From Thermotogota bacterium (GTDB lineage Bacteria; Thermotogota; Thermotogae; Petrotogales; Petrotogaceae), in NCBI GenBank assembly GCA_051748045.1, contig JBNJGY010000055.1, positions 1-11,198 of the forward strand: a DNA stretch of 11,198 bases. The letters run 5' to 3'. The translations under genes were made by a program, and so were the position numbers. A model generated the notes under the pieces. The model was not told where the DNA came from. It saw nothing but the letters and a program-made list of their open reading frames with translations, and did not search any database. Shown in pieces: positions 8,013 to 11,198 of this stretch (position 1 is the first letter of the stretch; every line of letters starts with the position of its first letter).

Positions 8013-9071
8013 ATGGCTGAAAAAGTAATGGTAAAGGGTACTGAAGCGATAGCTGAAGCTGCTTTGAGAGCAGGTTGTAAATTATATTATGGTTACCCTA
8101 TAACACCACAAAGTGAATTAACTGAATATATGGCAAGAAGATTACCAGAAATTGATGGTACATTTTTACAAGCAGAAAGTGAAGTGGCAGCAGTTAATAT
8201 GATTTATGGTGCCGCTTGTACTGGTAAGAGAGTTATGACATCAACTTCTTCACCAGGTTTCTCTTTGATGCAAGAAGGAATGTCTTATATAGCAGGAGCA
8301 GAATTACCTTCTGTTTTTGTTAATGTAGTAAGAGGTGGACCAGGTTTAGGAGATATTCAACCAGCTCAATGTGATTATTTCCAAGCAACAAAAGGTGGTG
8401 GCCATGGTGATTATAAATTAATTGTTTATGGTCCAGAATCATTGCAAGAAGCTGTAGAATTAACAGTTAAATCATTCGATGTTGCAGATAAATATAGAAC
8501 ACCTGTTTTGATTTTAGCGGATGGTATGTTAGGACAAATGATGGAACCAGTTAGCTTTCCAGATTTTGTGGATGAAAAAACATTACCAGATCATTCAGAA
8601 TGGGCAATGAGAGGAACAAATATGGAAAGAGATGCTAATAGAGTCACTTCTTTCAATATAGATCCTTATGGTTTAGAAGAAATGAACCATAGATATCAAG
8701 CAAGATATAAAGAAATAATTAAAAATGAAAAAATGTATGAAGAGTTTATGTTAGAAGACGCAGAGATTGTTATTGTTGCATACGGTACAATCGGAAGAAT
8801 AGCTAAATCTGTTGCTAAAATGGCAAGAGAAAAAGGAGTAAAAGCTGGTGTATTTAGACCAATTACTCTATGGCCTTTCCCTTACGAAGAATTAGCAAAA
8901 TACAACGATCAAGCAAAAATGTTCTTCACCGTGGAAATGTCAGCAGGACAAATGATTGAAGATGTTAGATTAAGTGCAAATGGTAAAAAACCTGTTGAAT
9001 TCTATGGAAGAATGGGTGGAGTAGTTCCTACACCAGGTGAAATTTTTGCTAAACTAATGGAATTAGTATAA
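8013..9071 (+). CDS. vorB: 2-oxoacid:ferredoxin oxidoreductase alpha subunit (2-ketoisovalerate oxidoreductase VorB-like)
   Basis: GYPITPQSE, QAESEVAA, TSTSSPGFSLMQE, RGGPGLG, KGGGHGD, FRPITLWPFP and VEMSAGQM. The context with buk/ptb supports the VOR-type call. Confidence 0.88.
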   Translation: MAEKVMVKGTEAIAEAALRAGCKLYYGYPITPQSELTEYMARRLPEIDGTFLQAESEVAAVNMIYGAACTGKRVMTSTSSPGFSLMQEGMSYIAGAELPSVFVNVVRGGPGLGDIQPAQCDYFQATKGGGHGDYKLIVYGPESLQEAVELTVKSFDVADKYRTPVLILADGMLGQMMEPVSFPDFVDEKTLPDHSEWAMRGTNMERDANRVTSFNIDPYGLEEMNHRYQARYKEIIKNEKMYEEFMLEDAEIVIVAYGTIGRIAKSVAKMAREKGVKAGVFRPITLWPFPYEELAKYNDQAKMFFTVEMSAGQMIEDVRLSANGKKPVEFYGRMGGVVPTPGEIFAKLMELV

Positions 9072-9089
9072 TTTAAGGAGGGGAAAATA

Positions 9090-9845
9090 ATGGCTTATAC
9101 AGATAAATTTAAAGGCCCTCACGCATTAAGCGGAAAAGAATTCACTTACTGTCCTGGTTGTCATCATGGGATTGTTCACAGACTTGTGGCAGAAGTATTA
9201 GATGAATTAGGTATAGAGGGTAAAACTATGATGGTAGCACCTGTTGGATGTTCAGTTTTTGCATATGAATTTTTTAATGTAGATGGAACTGTGGCAGCTC
9301 ACGGAAGAGCACCAGCAGTAGCAACAGGAATGAAAAGAGCAATGCCTGATAAAACAGTTTTCACATACCAAGGTGATGGTGATTTAGCAGCTATTGGAAC
9401 AGCAGAAATTATTCATGCAGCAAATAGAGGAGAAAAAATCACTACAATATTTGTTAATAATGCAATATATGGAATGACAGGTGGTCAAATGGCGCCTACT
9501 TCATTATTAGGTATGAAAACAACTACATCTCCTTATGGAAGAAAAATTGAAACTGAGGGTCATCCTATGCATGTTTCAGAAGTACTAAAAGAACTTGATG
9601 GTGTTGCTTATTTATCAAGAACAAAAGTAAATACACCACAAGATGTTATAAAAACTAAAAAAGCAATAAAAAAAGCATTTTTAGCTCAAGAAGAAGGGGT
9701 AGGTTTTGGAATAGTTGAAATTTTATCAACATGTCCAACTAACTGGGGTTTAACTCCTATTGAATCAAACAAATGGTTAGAAGAAAACATGTTAAAAGAA
9801 TATCCTTTAGGTGTATTTGTTGATAAAGTTGGTGATTCTAAATGA
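9090..9845 (+). CDS. 2-oxoacid:ferredoxin oxidoreductase beta (TPP-binding) subunit
   Basis: YCPGC, PVGCS, HGRAPAVATG, TPP motif QGDGD...NN, YGMTGGQ and STCPTNWG. Confidence 0.92.
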   Translation: MAYTDKFKGPHALSGKEFTYCPGCHHGIVHRLVAEVLDELGIEGKTMMVAPVGCSVFAYEFFNVDGTVAAHGRAPAVATGMKRAMPDKTVFTYQGDGDLAAIGTAEIIHAANRGEKITTIFVNNAIYGMTGGQMAPTSLLGMKTTTSPYGRKIETEGHPMHVSEVLKELDGVAYLSRTKVNTPQDVIKTKKAIKKAFLAQEEGVGFGIVEILSTCPTNWGLTPIESNKWLEENMLKEYPLGVFVDKVGDSK

Positions 9846-10384
9846 GTTTCCATAATTCAATCATAGCAGGTTTTGGTGGACAAGGTGTAATGCTTTTTGG
9901 ACAAGTTTTATCTTATTCAGCAATGGTTGATTCAAAATATACTACTTGGCTTCCGTCATACGGACCAGAAATGAGAGGAGGAACAGCTAATTGTACAGTG
10001 GTTGTTTCCGACGAATATATCGCATCGCCTGTAGTTGATAAACCAAATGAAGTTGTTGCTTTCAACATTCCTTCTATGACTAAATTTGAACAAGAAATGG
10101 AAGAAGGTGGAATTTTAATTCTTAATTCTTCAGTTATAGATAGAGAACCAACTAGAAAAGATATAACAATTATAAAAGTTCCTGCAAATGAAATTGCAGA
10201 CAAACTTGGAAATACAAGAATACAGAATATGGTTATGCTGGGTGCTTATTTAGGAGCAACAGAAGCTGTTTCTTTAGAGGCTGTAAGAAAAGCTTTAGAA
10301 AAGAAATTAACTGGTAAAAAGGCAGCATTGATTGACATAAACATGAAAGCTATTAAAGAAGGAATGGAAATTTCTAAAAAATAA
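9842..10384 (+). CDS. 2-oxoacid:ferredoxin oxidoreductase gamma subunit
   Basis: AGFGGQG, PSYGPEMRGG, ILNSS and NMVMLGA. The ATGA overlap with the beta subunit stop suggests translational coupling. Confidence 0.92.
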   Translation: MSFHNSIIAGFGGQGVMLFGQVLSYSAMVDSKYTTWLPSYGPEMRGGTANCTVVVSDEYIASPVVDKPNEVVAFNIPSMTKFEQEMEEGGILILNSSVIDREPTRKDITIIKVPANEIADKLGNTRIQNMVMLGAYLGATEAVSLEAVRKALEKKLTGKKAALIDINMKAIKEGMEISKK

Positions 10385-10385
10385 T

Positions 10386-10415
10386 AAAAAGGATGTGCTT
10401 AGCACATCCTTTTTT
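10386..10415. terminator. Bidirectional intrinsic terminator between the operon and the convergent tRNA-Ser
   Basis: Perfect inverted repeat AAAAAGGATGTGCT-T-AGCACATCCTTTTT, giving U tracts on both strands. Confidence 0.9.
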
Positions 10416-10417
10416 CT

Positions 10418-10506
10418 TGGCGGAGAGAGTGGGATTTGAACCCACGGATGGGGTTGCCATCACACGCGTTCCAGGCGTGCGCCTTCGGCCACTCGGCCAT
10501 CTCTCC
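10418..10506 (-). tRNA. tRNA-Ser (anticodon GGA), CCA encoded
   Basis: GGAGAGATGGCCGAGTGGCCGAAGGCGCACGCCTGGAACGCGTGTGATGGCAACCCCATCCGTGGGTTCAAATCCCACTCTCTCCGCCA. Acceptor GGAGAGA/TCTCTCC, discriminator G, anticodon arm CACGC-CTGGAAC-GCGTG, long variable arm GATGG/CCATC and T arm GTGGG-TTCAAAT-CCCAC. Confidence 0.97.
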
Positions 10507-10518
10507 ATAACAAAATTT

Positions 10519-10547
10519 ATTATATCATAATTTACCCAAAAGGTCAA
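10519..10547 (-). promoter_or_regulatory. Sigma70 promoter of tRNA-Ser
   Basis: TTGACC (10542-10547), 17-nt spacer ending in TGA (extended -10), then TATAAT (10519-10524), 12 nt upstream of the mature tRNA. Confidence 0.85.
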
Positions 10548-10548
10548 T

Positions 10549-10578
10549 AAAAAAAGGACACGCAACGAATGCATGTCC
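10549..10578 (-). terminator. Intrinsic terminator (- strand)
   Basis: GGACATGCA-TTCGT-TGCGTGTCC-TTTTTTT: a 9-bp stem with one G-U pair that works only on the - strand, followed by U7. Confidence 0.85.
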
Positions 10579-10640
10579 AATGTATAAAGATCCCCTAAAG
10601 TTCCCCCTGTTTCAATACTATTAATTGCTTACCTTATCGT
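10549..10640 (-). ncRNA. Candidate ~90-nt small RNA of unrecognised family
   Basis: Bounded by a near-consensus promoter (10645-10673) and an intrinsic terminator (10549-10578). It contains no complete ORF with a credible start and carries two G-rich motifs, AGGGGGA and AGGGGA. Confidence 0.55.
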
Positions 10641-10644
10641 AATA

Positions 10645-10673
10645 ATTTTATCATATAATGTCATAAAAGTCAA
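10645..10673 (-). promoter_or_regulatory. Sigma70 promoter driving the candidate sRNA
   Basis: TTGACT (10668-10673), 17-nt spacer ending in TGA (extended -10), then TAAAAT (10645-10650). Confidence 0.75.
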
Positions 10674-10677
10674 CAAA

Positions 10678-11163
10678 TCAAAATAAGAAATTCAATCCGA
10701 TAACTACATTTGGTTTAAACCCATATTCAGAAAATGATCCTATAGATTCTTTCATAGAAGCTTCTAATAAAATATGTCTTGTAAAGAAAACACCTGTTCC
10801 TAATAATAGTTTATATTCTTTATAATTCAAAAACTCTGTGACTGAATTTTCTACAGAAAGTTTTAACTGAAGAAAAGAAACTCTTTCTCTAATAAAATAA
10901 ATACCTAAATTTACATCACTTAAATTTAATTCTTTATTAGGATAAATGGTAATTTTATCAAAATCTTCTTCAATATTATTTTCCAACCCGATTGGAATAT
11001 AAGCATACAAAAAACCTAAATCAGTTCTAAAATTCAAATTAAAATTTGAAAATTCTTCAATATTTCTGTTTTTAAAATCTGCTTCAAAAGCTACTCCCCA
11101 ATCCATTGAGAAAGTAGTTAAACTTAAAACAATGATAAACAAAAAAATTAAACCTTTCTTCAT
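10678..11163 (-). CDS. Hypothetical secreted protein, probable small outer-membrane beta-barrel
   Basis: SD AGGGGGT upstream, Sec signal peptide MKKGLIFLFIIVLSLTTFS, alternating hydrophobic/polar segments and C-terminal VVIGLNFLF ending in Phe. Confidence 0.7.
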   Translation of the reverse strand: MKKGLIFLFIIVLSLTTFSMDWGVAFEADFKNRNIEEFSNFNLNFRTDLGFLYAYIPIGLENNIEEDFDKITIYPNKELNLSDVNLGIYFIRERVSFLQLKLSVENSVTEFLNYKEYKLLLGTGVFFTRHILLEASMKESIGSFSEYGFKPNVVIGLNFLF

Positions 11164-11198
11164 AATATTATACCCCCTACAAATTATAGTTTTCCTTC

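Noticed and set aside
3627-10203. Short - strand ORFs 3627-3824, 4601-4828, 6081-6269, 7602-7880 and 9913-10203
   Set aside because: All are antisense to well-supported operon genes, with the Ser/Phe/Ile/Pro-rich composition typical of shadow frames.
10418-10506. tRNA-Ser as an integration site, making the operon a genomic island
   Set aside because: I saw no duplicated tRNA 3' end, integrase, transposase or obvious compositional shift, and the flanking genes are housekeeping.
10374-10580. 68-aa - strand ORF (TTG start) with an SD-like AGGGG upstream
   Set aside because: It would run through an intrinsic terminator, the tRNA promoter, the whole tRNA-Ser and a second terminator, so it is almost certainly spurious.

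Overview
AT-rich bacterial chromosomal window, probably Thermotogota and most likely a Petrotogales-type low-GC member. This is inferred from the Thermotoga-like GlyA N-terminus, the buk-ptb-buk-NTPase-vor gene order and a likely outer-membrane protein. On the left (- strand) are glyA, an intrinsic terminator and ackA, which runs off the window edge. The centre (+ strand, 2785-10384) is a tightly packed 9-gene operon: class I PLP aminotransferase, butyrate kinase 1, phosphate butyryltransferase, butyrate kinase 2, an uncharacterised P-loop NTPase and a four-subunit 2-oxoacid:ferredoxin oxidoreductase (VOR-type). Together these would form a complete oxidative amino acid to carboxylic acid + ATP pathway, with a clear sigma70 promoter, candidate operators and a bidirectional terminator. 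On the right (- strand) are tRNA-Ser(GGA) with its own promoter, a candidate ~90-nt small RNA with its own promoter and terminator, and a small secreted protein resembling an 8-stranded beta-barrel. No mobile elements or CRISPR arrays were seen. The best novelty candidates are the putative sRNA, the operon-embedded NTPase, the tandem palindromic operator and the beta-barrel protein.
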